Origin: Lama glama
Taxonomy: Eukaryota
Direction of reading: 5' to 3'
Assembly (NCBI GenBank): GCA_028534125.1
Contig: CM052817.1
Coordinates: 5,768,001-5,832,000 of the forward strand
DNA length: 64,000 nt
Below, piece after piece: positions 38,701 through 51,330 of the stretch (position 1 is the stretch's first letter; the number at the start of each line of letters is the position of its first letter). A program made the position numbers and the translations under genes. The notes under the pieces were generated by a model. The model saw only the letters and a program-made list of their open reading frames with translations. It was not told the origin of the DNA and ran no database searches.

Positions 38701-40691
38701 AGCTTTTGGAGCTTGGAGCCGGAGTCTGATGATGCATGACCCTGCTCTCTGCCTGACTTTTGCCGAATTGTCCTGCCAACCAGTTTTCCCTCCAGGGCAT
38801 ACTAGCCTGGCTGCCAGGGTCACGTGAGTCACAGGGCAGGAGCCTCAGGGCCAAGCCACCTCCAGAGCCGCCCAGCTTCCCTCCTTAGGGCTCAGGAGAT
38901 TCTCTCTCCTTTCCAACACCCACACCAGGCCACCTACTCAGAGGTCAGCTGGGCTAATTGCTTTCACCTGAAGCTGTCTTGAAGCCAGGACAGCAAAGTT
39001 CAGGCAAGCTTCAAAGACTGTCTTTAAAATTCCAGATGACACGGCTTCAAGACCTATTAAATTTATCTTCGTATCCCTTCAACCTTCCTTGCTTGCAGGC
39101 TGAGATACCAGCTGAGCGGGCCAGGGGCTGAAGTGCCCCCAGCCCAGGGGCATGCGTCACCACACGACATGAGCCATCACATAGCAGCTCGAGCAGACAG
39201 GAGCCTTGGAGCGACTTCCGTGCAGGCCCCTCCTTTTAGTGACGTGGAGCTCGAGGTCAGGAGAGGGGACTGCCCAAAGTCACAGCACGAGGCTCGGTGG
39301 CCTGACTCTTGCCCGCTCGCTCACATCACAGCAGATGAGCTGGGGGGTCCGTTTGGGTTCTCAGGAGAAAGAAGCATTAGACAATTCATGAACTGGGGTA
39401 TTCGTTATCATTCCGAGGTCAAGGGAGGTTTGTGCATTCCTTCCACATTTAGGGAGCGTCTCAGTGCTGCAGACCCACCATGGAATCTCTGATGATACAA
39501 AGAAGCCTCTGACTGCAGTTCCTGGGAAAGACCAGCAGGAGGATGGCCACTTGGCTCGGAAACAAAGCAAAGCGAGTCTCCAAGTGAGGAGGGTGGTTTG
39601 GGGAAGACCTAGGCGGGAACAGCTAACTTCTAGTGGCTCACAGGAAAGAGGTTATGCACACGAGGTGTCCAGTACATGCCTTGCATGGAGTGAAGATAAC
39701 AGAGCTGATATTTAGGGACGGAGTCCTAAAGACTCTACATGTAACGCTGCATCTAACTTGCACAACAACTCAGTGAGCTGTGCACATTTATACCCATTGT
39801 GCTAACAAAGACACACAAGAGGTTAAGTAACCTGCCCAAAGCCACAGACCTAACAGCCAGGTTCCTAATGCAGGCATTGGTCCCAAGGTCCTAGCTCTGA
39901 ACCATTCTCCTGGGAGGGGAGTTCTTAAAGTTGACGAGGCATCAGATTCCCCAGGAGGGCTTGTTAAGACACAGATTGCTAAGCTATACCCCAGAATTTC
40001 AGATTCAGCAGGAACTGGTTGGGGCAGGGGTCACACTCCCGGATCCCCGCAAGGCTGCACTCTGATTCCAGCTGTGAGTTGTCCCTAAACAAATCTTACT
40101 AATAGCGATTTTTCAGACATGAGTTCTAATACTTGACAAAAGGCAGAGCCCTTCCTACACAGAACAGAATTCTTCTTCCCATTGTTGGAGAGGTGAATTA
40201 TAGCCAACACAGGAAGCTGCCAGGACGCCCCACTTGAAAGCCTGAATTATCTGAAAGAGAAAACTCAAGCGCTCAGAATGTCATTTGAAGGAGTCTGGAC
40301 ATCACCCGGTGAGGACCTCTGAAGTGGCAGGAAGAATGCAGCGATGACAGTCTCTAATTTTCTTTTTTCCTATTTCCCATCAAAGGAGATTCATCGTGTG
40401 GCTGCTCCCCACCCATCAGCGCATTTTCTCTGGCTACAGACGACATCTGGGTTGTGCCCAAAATGAGATTCTTCTTTTCAAAGAGAAAAGATGTGATTTC
40501 TAAGTCACTGGAGAATGAGGAAGATTCTCATCGGGTTACAATGTTGTTGGGTCTGTTTGGGGCTCAAAATCACTGTAATGTGAATGAATACGTGTCTTAT
40601 ATTTTTATAAAAATCAAATGCTCTTTTCTTCCCGGGCTTAAAGGAAGGACAGAGAATTCTAGATCAAAAGCTCAGAGAAAATAGATACTTT

Positions 40692-41294
40692 TGTTGTCGA
40701 CGGGGAAGGTTCTTGTCTCATCTCAGAAAGAATTCAGAAACGAGACACCGGGGGCAAGAAAGCAAAGCAAGGATTTATTAAGGAATAGACTGTATACTCG
40801 CAAGGAAAGAGCAGGCAGACCCAGGTGGGCAGCTGCCCCGAGTTTCTTTGGCAGGCTGGTTATCCGGGTGTAAAAATGAATGGGCAGAATATTCATCGTG
40901 GGGAGGGGCTTGGTGTCGTCTTTCCTGAGCTTCCTCCCAGCCCCGCCTTCCCCGGGGGAGGAGGGGTTTTCCATGCTTATTTAGTCTTGATCGGGAAGTC
41001 GGATGAGGTCATAATACATAAAAGGTTACGTTTGGATGGGGGTCATAAGTGAAGGTTACATTCGGATGGAGGTCATAATGAGCAAGCGATGGTGGGGCTT
41101 CTTGTCTTGTCCCACTTTTCTTTGCCTCCAGGACACCTGTCAACCGAGAGTGTATGGATTCTTATCAGTCTGGAGGTTCCTGTTTTTCTTGGTCTGTTCA
41201 AGGACCCCCGTTGTTCACAAGATGAATGGTTTTCTGCATTTGGCCCCGGGTGCCCCTTTCTCTGCTCATATCTAGCTACTTGCCTGCTCTAACC
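40692..41294 (-). mobile_element. Relatively young ERV1-type solo LTR (603 bp)
   Basis: Perfect 4-bp TSD CTTT (40688-40691, 41295-41298), TGTT...AACC termini, AATAAA on the minus strand at 40774-40779, many CpGs retained. Confidence 0.85.
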
Positions 41295-43920
41295 CTTTTA
41301 CCCACTCAGGGGCTGGGACAACATGAGACTGAAAAGGACTGGCCTGCCGGCCTTCTACGCCAGGACTCTAAACTTGTGGGATGTTCCCCCACGCTCCCCA
41401 TCAGCACGGCCAGCTCTGCAGGTCCTGCTGCACAGAGGTCACGGCTGCAAAGCCAGAAGCTCCGGCTCCAGCCAGCCTCCACCGCCTTCTTGCTGTGGTC
41501 ACTGGGGTGATTATTAAACCTCTCTGGGACCGAATTTTTAATCTCTAAAATAGAAAGTCATAATGTGTATTTCCAAGTATTGAATTAAATGAGCTATTGG
41601 CTGACATCTATTTAGCACCGGCTCCAGGTACTCTTTCGAGTGTCTGACATATTTCCTTCTTCAAGTCTTACAATAGTCCCATGAAACAGGTGCCACTGTA
41701 AGCCCATCGGATAGGTGAGGAAACAGGCCAAGAGAGGTTCAGAAACTTACTCAAAGCCCCACAGCGCGTGGGCAGTGGGGCTGGGAGGCAGAGCCGGGCA
41801 GTCCGGCCCAGAACCCGCACGGCCGCTACCTGACGAGCTGTGCGCCCTGCCCTTTGGACTTCATTCTTCTCCTACAGAATCACATGTTCTCAACCCTTCT
41901 TCATCTTGTGTGGAGTTTTTCTGATATGAGCTCCTTAGTATTTTGTAGGTTAACATTAATTATTGTAATGAAATCATGATCGTTTTGTAATGCCAGGTCT
42001 CTGTGCTACAATGCGCCAAGAAAGAGCTGCTGTCCTTCAGCAAACATAGACTGTTTACAAAAATTAATCACAAACTGGTCACAGAGTAACTTCCACGTGT
42101 TCCCCAAATGAGTAATTTATGGATTACGTTCTCTTTACACAACAAAATAAAATTGGTGATGAATGACAACAACAGAGTCACATCTACTTGGGAATTGAAA
42201 ACATTGTTCTAAATAATTGTTCTGAATATGGAATCAAGATGACAAATTATTTAGAAGCAATAACACTGAAAAAATGTTTTTCTAAAATTTTGGGAAAGTT
42301 GGCAAATCTATGTTCAAAGGAAAAAATGTATGAATAATAAAGACAAAGCAGAAATTAATAAAACTGGAAAGCCATAAAATGGATAACAGAATTTAATCTT
42401 TCAAATAACAGAATTAGAGGCAACAATCTGGAAATTTTATTTCAAAAGAGAGAAGGCAAAATCAAATAAATAAAATTAAATCAAGAGAGAAGATGTAAAG
42501 AATAGACATGAGAACATTAAACTTTATTTAGTCATATGTATAGCTGTGTCCATATTTGAATGTTTCAATGAAATGAGTGCTTTTATTGAAAAGGCAGAAA
42601 TTTTAAAAACTGACTCAAAAGAAAATAGATTAGATTAATTAAAGAAGAAACTGATAAAATTTCCTCAAAGAATGCTTTCCTGAAAAGACCAGGTTGAGAT
42701 GGTTTTACTACTGAGGATGTTTGATACTTTACTTATCAATTAATGTTATATACTATCTTCTAGAATGAGTAAAAGATGAAAGGAGATAAAAATTAAAACT
42801 CTAGACTAATCTCATCACTGGATATAGGTATATAAATCTAAACAAGATATGAATGAATCAAATTTAACAGCATATAAAAAGAATATTCCACAGTGACCAA
42901 TAAAGATATACCCCAGGATGTAAGGATGGTTTAATACAAGGGCATCTAATGATATAAACCCAATAATTGATTGTCAGGTAACAAAAAAGCATCAATAGCT
43001 TAATAAAAATCAGAAAATATTTTCCACATTGCTTATAGTCTATAAAAACTAAGATGAGATGGATAATTCCTTACCAAGATAAATAATATCCATTTAAAAT
43101 TAGTTAAGAATTAATAAACTTAATACTGAAACACAATAGGTATTCCCAATAAATCATGAAAAAACAAAGATGCCCACTACAGTCAACATTGTTAACATAA
43201 CTGGCCAAAGCAATAAGACATGATTGTCAGTAAAAAGAAAGAAAAGGCATAACTATCAACAAGGAGGCGACAGAATTATCACTCTTCACAGATGTGATCA
43301 ATGATCACTCATTTGAATTGCCTCAATAAATGGAGAAATAAATAGAAAGCAAAACAGAGTTCCAGATTGACATATATAATCAATAGCTTTCCCATATTTT
43401 GTTAACAACCAAAAATGTAATGAAAAAAAAAAACTCCAATAGCAGCAACAAGATAGAAAATAACTATAATTAATAAGAAAATTAGCTTTTATCGCTTAGT
43501 GAGAAATACAACAGCAACAAAAACAGCTGAGTGATACAAAAGAAAACCTAAATGAAAAGGGAGGCACGGTATGTTTCTCAATGGAAATAATGAATTATGA
43601 ACAATCTCAATTGGATTCAAACGAATGAATCAGTTTAACACAATTCCAACTAAAACTTCAATGACATTTTTGTCTTGAAAATGAGAAAATAGCTTTAAAG
43701 TTCCCACAGGGGAATATTGTTTCTGGCTCAGTTTTGAAAATGAAGACTAGGGAGGCCAGTATTAAACATATGATAAATAAAGTTACCATGAGAAAAACAG
43801 CAAGGTGTGGGCACTGGAAAAGAAATGTAAAAGGAACAAAGTGGATGGCCCAGAAGCAGAAACTCAGGCATATTGTGAATTTAATGTGTGGTAAGGAAAC
43901 CTCACAAATCAACAGGGGAG

Positions 43921-44046
43921 GGTGGAAGGTGGAGCTCAAGTCGTAGAGCGCACGCTGCGCAGGCCCGAGGTCCTGGGTTCGATACCCCGTACCTCCTCCA
44001 AGAATAGGTAAATAAATAAATCTAATTGCTTCATCCCCCAAAAAGC
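43921..44046 (+). mobile_element. tRNA-derived SINE, camelid Vic-1-like
   Basis: A box (agctcaagtcgtagagc), B box ggttcgatacc (43976-43986), tail tacctcctccaagaataggtaaataaataaatctaatt...ccccc; 13-bp TSD ATCAA(C/T)AGGGGAG at 43908-43920 and 44047-44059. Confidence 0.85.
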
Positions 44047-44521
44047 ATCAATAGGGGAGAGGTTGTTTGGGTTAAAGAAAAAGTGGTAAGTGAGGAAGGG
44101 CAGAGACGCATTTAAATGCTTTACACCATATTCTAAAATAACTCAGAAGATTTTAAGAATTAAATGTAAAAAACAGACACCACAGACCACCCACAAATAA
44201 ATACACATGAAGATTCACTGTCTTCCTGAGATGGGACGAAGTTTCTAAGCTGAAAATCAGCAGAAGAAATCTCAAAGGAAAAGACTTTGTTAAATAAAAA
44301 TGGTTTTTTATAATCCTCACATTGAAAATAAAAAGAAAATTAAAAGTAAAAAGAAGAACCATAAAAATATTTGCCACCAATATATTGAAGGGTTAATATC
44401 CTTCAAAGCAAAAGAGGTTGTAAAAATTACTAAGAGAGTCATTAACACCCCAACAGATGCATAAGCAAAGCACACGAATAGACAATTTACAGAAGAAATG
44501 CCTGGAAACGAGTGAACTTAG

Positions 44522-44983
44522 TGTGGTGGGCTCAGTGGTGGCCTCCTCAGACATCCTCATTCTAATTCCTGGAACCTGGGAATATTAAATTATGTGGCAA
44601 ACATTTTGTTTTGCAGTTAAAGATCTCCAGATGGGAAGAGTATCCTGGATTATCTGGGTGGGCCCTCAATGCCCAGGTGCTTTTAGAAGAGGGAGGCAAA
44701 GGAACATTTGACCAGAAAAGGAAAAGGAGGAGCCAGCGTGACCACGGGGGCAGAGCCTGGAGCGATGTGGCCACAAGCAGAGAAACACTGGCCACCACCA
44801 GAAGCCAGACGAGTTGAGGAGCAGAACCTTGGCCAGAGCCTCCAGAGGGGGCACCACCCTTCTTACACCTCGATTTCATTCCAGCGAAACTGCTTTTGAA
44901 CTTCTGGCATCCAGGAATACGAGAGGATACATTTCAGTCTCTGTTGTGGTACCTTGTTACAGCACTAACAGGAAAATAAAGCA
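44522..44983 (+). mobile_element. MLT1D-like solo LTR
   Basis: TG...CA ends, TSD CTTAG/CTTAT, atcctggattatctgggtgggccc motif. Confidence 0.85.
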
Positions 44984-47179
44984 CTTATGAAATATCCAAT
45001 CTTGCTAATAAGCAAAGAAACAGAAGATAATATTCTAAGGCAATACTTACTATTTTTGCCTATCAAATACCAAAGAGTCATTTAAACGCTTATGGATGAC
45101 AGAGGTGTAGTGACGCTGTATGCTCCTGTACAGTGTGATGGGAAGGAAATTGAGGCCGCCTCTCTGGACAAAAATTCCGTATGTGTGAAAGTGTCAAATA
45201 AATTATATTCTTTGTCCTATTGTTTTCATTTCCAGGACCCTAAACCACACAAATCACGATCTGAATAATGATTTATGTAGAAGACTGTTTATTCTAAGTT
45301 GGCAAATTCAGTGTTCCAATAATAAACACGATCCAGATGCCCAGCAAATAAGAGAACAATGAAACAAATTATGGCAACTCATAAAAGAGAGTAAGGTACA
45401 GTTCTTAAAATTATCGTGGCAAATAATTTTCATGACTTTCTTACAACATAGTGTTGCAAAATGATCAGCATACAGAAAGTTATAAATGCAACGAACCAAG
45501 TATGTGCGTGTGTGTACAAGTTTATACGATTAAAACATAATGATTTTGGTGGTGGTTTCATTGGTGTACACATCTATCAAAGTTCATTACACTGAGCATC
45601 TGAAATACATGTAGTTTACTGTACAGGAATCATACCACAATGAAGGTGTTAAAAAATAATGGAAAGATGCTTTTAAAACCGTTAAAGTGTTTGTCCAGAA
45701 ATGGTGAGATGTAGACGTTTTAATGTTTTTCTTTACCAATTTCTTCCATATTGTCTACAAGGAATATGGCTACACCATGATCATGAAAATCAGACAAGTT
45801 AACAAACAGGAGGTAAGAGATTTATGAAAGATACTTGTTTCAGTATTGTTCAAGTTAGTGAAAAATCCAGGGACAGCAAAGGCATTCAACACAGACAATA
45901 ATAGTTACAGGGCACCTTTGCGATGGAATATAATGTAACACTGAAAATTACTGATGCTATTTTAAAAATAGGCGTCTACCTAGAATCTAGTGATACGGAG
46001 AAATGCCTTTGATGGGATGGTTAGTGCTTTTTTAAAAGCAGAACTCAAGGCACAGTGTTCTCTCTACTGCATAACAGGTGTATAGATATCTAGCAAGTCA
46101 TAGACCAAAATACTCAATGTCGCTGCCTTTCCTAACATGGCAGAATTTCAAGTGACTTTACTTCCTTTCTTTATATTTCCCAACGGTTCCAAGTATTTTT
46201 ATAAAGGAACAAACGACGTAAATCGTGTGTGAAGTGCGTCCCCACTGGAGCAGCGATGAAGTCTGAGCTCCCACTTCCTCCTGGGCCCGATGCCTCGTGC
46301 AGAAAGGATGTCCTCCCAGGGGTGTGAAACCGTTCACTTAGGATCTCGAGCTGTGTCCATGTCTTCTCACACTTCTGCCTACAGTTTTTATCCCAATTCC
46401 TTTCTTCTTTATCATTGTCAGAGAAATAGCTAATTAATACATTTTTGAAATATCCTTTGGAAAAATAAAATGTCACACCACTCCCACAGTGTTTTATGAT
46501 GTGTCTTTGATTAAATTCACAGCCCCAGCATTAATTCCTACATTTATTCCCCTCTCTTGCCTTCCGGCGGCTGTTCTAAAGCCTTCTTGCTACTTCCTCC
46601 AGCCTCTGCATTTCAAAGCAACTGCCTGCATCGAACACAGCTTTTCTCTCTTTAATTTTTTTTTTTAGGGGCTCAGTTGTCTCTGTCTTTGAAGGTAAAA
46701 GAAATACGATTAAAATAGAGAAAATGAAATGCTGACATTTAGCGAAATAACTGGCTCTCACTTGGCCGGAGTATCACAAATTCCTGAAGAGATGAATGAA
46801 AACTTCCCATTAGACATTCTTTCCTGGACCAGAAACCCCAAATTCATCTTCCCTGAGCTTGAATTTGAAAAAAAGACATTCACTGAGTTGCTCACATATG
46901 CTCGTAGCCAAGTCCAAGACTATCCGAAAGAAATCCAATCTGATGGGAAAAGACAGTCTATGGGGACCAACAGTACTGCCTCTCAGCTGCTGGGGTCAGA
47001 GGTGGCCATTCGCACCATGCCCCTTGGCCAGTGTCATGCTTATGAGCCTGGTGGGTGCAGGGAGAGGGGACCCTCGCCTGGGAATCCAGGTACCTGGGTT
47101 CTTGAATCAGCTCTGCCCTGAAGTTGCTCTGCAACTCGGGCAGTTCATTTCAGGGACCTCGGCATCCATGCCCGCAGAG

Positions 47180-48220
47180 CTGCTTCTCCTCCAGGGCGCC
47201 CTGTGTTAGCACCTGCTGCTGCCACTCTAGCTGGCTGACGTGCCAGACACTCGGCAATATCCTTGACTCCTCCTCCCTCAGGCACCGCATCCCATCACTC
47301 ACTAAGCGATTTCTCTGTGCCCATGGCCATGACTCTAATCCATCTCTCCACTGGACCAGTGCAATCTCTTTGGGCTTTACTGGGATTCAGTCCTTTCTCT
47401 GTGCTGCGGCCGATGAGTCTTTTTTAAAGTGCACATCCTCTCTGTCATTGCCTTACTTCAACCTGCAGTGACCTTCCATGGCTCTTGGATAAAGAGAAAC
47501 TCCACAGGCACACACAGTCCCTGTTGAAGTGTGTGAACAGGCTGGACCCAACCCACAGATAGGAGGCTGTTTGTTTCTTTAAAAACCAACTGGTTTCCAA
47601 TATATAAAAGTCAAGAAATGGGACATAAAAATTTGGATTCTTCTCTCAAAAATTAGAAAATCAACCACCTCCAATCGTGTACCTGCCGGGGACACAGCAG
47701 CAGCCACCCTCAGTGGAAAGGCATGCCCCCCAGCTGCCACAGCCTCCTCTGTGCTCCCTCATCTTGTCCACCCTTCACTGAACGCACTCGTGACACAGGT
47801 GTGGCCCCCCAGCCCTTACCTTTCTAGTGGCACCTCCCTCTCTGTCTTGGTGCTCCAGGCCCCCTTGGGTTTCTGCCTCTGAACAGATGACAGGGCCTTC
47901 ACTTTTACTGTTCCCTCTGTGTGGAACACACTTCCCGCTTCTGCCTCTCTCTCTCCCCACCAGTCCTGACCTGGGCAAATCCTATTCATCCTCAGGGCAT
48001 AAGTGTAAATGTCATTTCCGCAGGAAGACCATCCCTGACCCCCCACTCTAGGACAGTGCCCTACCTTTCCCCCATCCCGCTAAGCATTGGTGAATTGTCT
48101 TTCCTATGAGCTCCCCAGAGCAGGGAGCAGTCTGACCTTCCCAGTACATGATCACCAGTCACCAGCCCAACAGCTGTCCCAGAGCAGAAGCTTCCTGAAT
48201 ATTTGCTGAATGAGTGAACA
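47180..48220 (+). mobile_element. L2 fragments, with a probable hAT MITE remnant at ~47520-47770
   Basis: tccttgactcctcctccc, ggcaaatcctattcatcctcaggg, tail aatatttgctgaatgagtgaa. Confidence 0.55.
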
Positions 48221-48636
48221 AACTTGTAGCTTCTGCATTTAACGTATATGTGCATCAGTAAAACGTGGCCTACTGCAGAGAAAAGATACAGAAGAAAGCA
48301 GAACTAACAGCATGGGACAGGTGTGTGGACAAGGTGTCCATTCTGGAGACACGCTGAACAGGGTCACTGCCAGAGATGTTCCCTGGAGGAAGTCATGTTG
48401 AAGTGGAGCTTGGGATTTGGGACTTGTGAGCATGCCTGCCACTGACGGAGACACTGGCTCAAGGAGGTGACCTGTCCATGGCCACACAGTCAACGCAGTC
48501 TGTGAGCAAGATAGAGATGCAGGTTGTACCTGGCTCGGGTTCATGGTCAAAGCTGCAGCTCCAGCACCCAACTCATAGAATGTGCCGAGTGAGTGAATGC
48601 AGAGAGAAGACAGAGGTTCAAGACAGACCTGGGACC

Positions 48637-48995
48637 TGCTGCAGACTGTGTCCCCCCGCAAATCCAAATGCTGAAATCCTGATTCCCAAGGTTAGAGTGT
48701 TAGGAAGTGGGGCCTTGGGGAGGTGCTTAGGTCATGAGGGTGGAGCCCTTATGAACGGGATCAGTGCCCTTAGAGGAAGAGACAGAAGAGAGATGACCTC
48801 GCTGTCCCCAAGGTGAGGACACAGCGAGAAGGTGGCTGTGTGCAAGCAGGAAAGGGGGGCCTCGCCAGAACCTGACCGCGCTGCCACCTTGATCTGGGAC
48901 CTCCAGCCTCCAAACCTGCGAGAAATAAATTTCTGTTGTTTGTAAGCCAGCCGGCCTGTGGTATCTGTTACAGCAGCCTCCAGAGGACCGAGACG
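48637..48995 (+). mobile_element. MLT1A-like solo LTR
   Basis: Perfect 5-bp TSD GGACC (48632-48636, 48996-49000); ggtcatgagggtggagcccttatgaacgggatcagtgccctt; agaaataaatttctgttgttt. Confidence 0.9.
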
Positions 48996-49734
48996 GGACC
49001 CAGGGAGCAGAAACTGAAAGTGAGTCACAACAGAGAACTTTGACGAAGGATGAGAAGTTGAAAAGCATCTCAAAAGAGGAAAGCCTAGGCTCTCCTGAGG
49101 CAGATATTTATTCACTTTTTACCCAGAGAGGCCAGTGCTGTTCCTTGATTTTAAAATATATTTCTGATGTTTGAAGAGCTGAGGCTGTCGTCATTACGCT
49201 GGTTTATTGTCACACGGGCAATGTTTACTTTCAGGATTTTGAAATACTTTTACCAACAAAAAGCAAAATAGTCTCGTTAATGTGGACTCTCACTTCAGTA
49301 AGGAAACTGTTTTCAAAAAACATTAATTAGAGGAATTGTCATGCCTCCAACAGTCACAAATGTGTGAGTTGTTTCCAGTTTTGCAAATGAAGAAAACAAA
49401 ATTGTAGCCATAATAACCCAGAAGGGCTGATGATAAACGATCAGAAGCAGATGCCTCTGAGGTGACCTGGATTAGATGAGATACACAAAGACATACATAA
49501 CGCTATAGAATAACACACTTTAAAATGGTTAAAATGGTAAACCTTCTGTATATTTTACCACAATAGAAATAGCAAAACATTCCTCCAAAAAAGGTTTTTA
49601 AGTGATAAATGCCAACCAGCCCGTTACCCTGTCATCTGGAGCCGCCCTGCCTGATTCCTGCTCATGGAACCTTTGCTGAAGGAGGCAGGAGGCTTAGGAA
49701 GACGCTGTGTCCTCTCAGCCTCAGCGCTCACCAT

Positions 49735-51330
49735 GCTGCTGGGGTTTATAATAAGAAATATGTACTTGGTCTTCGTCCAGAAGCACAAAGCTCCTCCTAA
49801 AACCCTTGGAATTTCCTAAGTGCTAAGACCAGTCAAGATATTTTATATTCATAACAAACCTCTTTCAACTACATCTAAGTCTAGGTTAGTGAAGCAACTT
49901 TAGGACCACACCTAAGGATGGGAGCAGGTGGCCAGGTGAATCAATCACACGATTAGAGGGCTGGAACTTTCAATCCCACCCTCTGCTGTCCGGCAAGGGG
50001 AGAGGGGCTGGAGATTGAGTTCAGCCACCAATGGCCCATGTTTAATTCATCCTGCCTACGTGACATTTTTCTAAAGAGGAAATGCAGATGGCCAACAGGC
50101 ACATGAAAAGATGCTCAACAGCGCTTATCCCCAGGGAAATGCAATCAAAACCATGATAAGATATCACCTCACACACCTTCAGAATGGCTATCGTCAAGAA
50201 GAACACACATAACAAATGTTGGCAAGGATGTGGAGAAAAGGGAACCCTAGACACTGTTGAAGGGAATGTAAACTGGTGCAGCCACAGGGGAAAAGAGTAT
50301 GGAGGTTTCTCAGAAAACAAAAAATAGAACTACCACATGATCCAGCAATTCCACTGCTGGGCATGCATATGAGAAAAAACAAAAATAATAATTTGAAAAG
50401 ATACATGCACCTCAGTGTTCCTAGCAGCATTATTTATAATTGTCATGGTATGAAAACAGCCTAAGGGTTCATCAACACTTAAATGACAAAGAAGGTGTGG
50501 TATGTGTGGAATATTACTCAGCAATAAAAAAGAATGAAATTCTGCCATTTGCAGCAATATGGAAGGACCTGGAGGGCATTATGCTAGGTGAAATAAATCA
50601 GACAGAGAAAGACAAATACTGTATGGTATCACTTATATGTGGAATCTAAAAAATACAACAAACTAGTGAATATAACAAAAAGGACACAGACTCACAGAGA
50701 ACAAACTAGTGGTTACCAGGACGGAAGGGGCAATAGAGAAGTGGGGCAGGGGAGGTACCAACTACTGTGTCAGACGTGCTCAAGGACGTATTACACAACA
50801 CGGGGAATACAGCCAGTATTGTGTAATAGCTTTCAATGGAGTGCAATCTTTAAAAATTGTATTAAAAATAAAATTAATTAAAAAACTAAACAAAAAATCA
50901 TGCTTATATAATGAAGGCCCCATTAAAACCCAAAAGGATGGGGCTTGGAGTGCCTCCCAGCTGGTGAACACGGTTTGAAGTGTGGAAGCCCCGCGCCTTT
51001 CTCAGCCCTCAGCCTCTACAGTAGTTCCATCGGACAGATCTTGAGTTACATCCTTTCACAATAAACCAGTAGTCTAGTGAGTAAACTGGTTTCCTGAGTT
51101 CTGTGAGTACTCCAGCAAATGCACTGAATCCTAGGAGGGTCCTGGGACCCTCTCATTTACAGCCCGTCGGTCAGAAGCACAGATGATGACCTGGACTTGG
51201 ATGAGCCCTGACGGTGAGGCAGTCCTGGGGCACTGAGCCCTGACGCTGCGTCCAGGGGGTGGTGTCAGAACTGAGCTGAATCGCAGGACACACTGCTCGA
51301 TGCAGGGGCAGAACCCACACGTTGGAACTG
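49735..51330 (+). mobile_element. MER21-like LTR, split by an L1 insertion
   Basis: ctaaaacccttggaatttcct, gattagagggctggaactttca, continuing after 50900 with ataaaccagtagt...tttcctgagttctgtgagt...ggtgtcagaactgagctgaa. Confidence 0.75.
50062..50895 (+). mobile_element. 5'-truncated L1 (ORF2 end, 3'UTR, A tail)
   Basis: atggccaacaggcacatgaaaagatgctcaac...EYYSAIKKNEILPFAAIW...; A-rich tail; degenerate TSD 50048-50061 vs 50896-50909. Confidence 0.9.

Larger units (their letters stand above)
42050..46200 (+). mobile_element. Long, heavily decayed L1 (L1MC/ME-type) ORF2 to 3'UTR, interrupted by a SINE and MLT1D
   Basis: A-rich remnants in L1 order: ccaggttgagatggttttacta, ccaggatgtaaggatggtttaatac, aaagatgcccacta, ctcttcacagatg, ttacaccatattctaaaataactcag. 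Confidence 0.75.

Noticed and set aside
43921..43995. tRNA-like sequence with A and B boxes
   Set aside because: It has a SINE tail and a TSD, and the anticodon arm is degenerate, so it is a tRNA-derived SINE and not a tRNA gene.
46606..46641. Short minus-strand resemblance to SLC2A9 exon 4 (AVFDAGSCFEMQ vs ACSLQAGAFEML)
   Set aside because: Wrong position (after exon 5), the similarity does not extend either way, and there are no matching splice sites; treated as chance.
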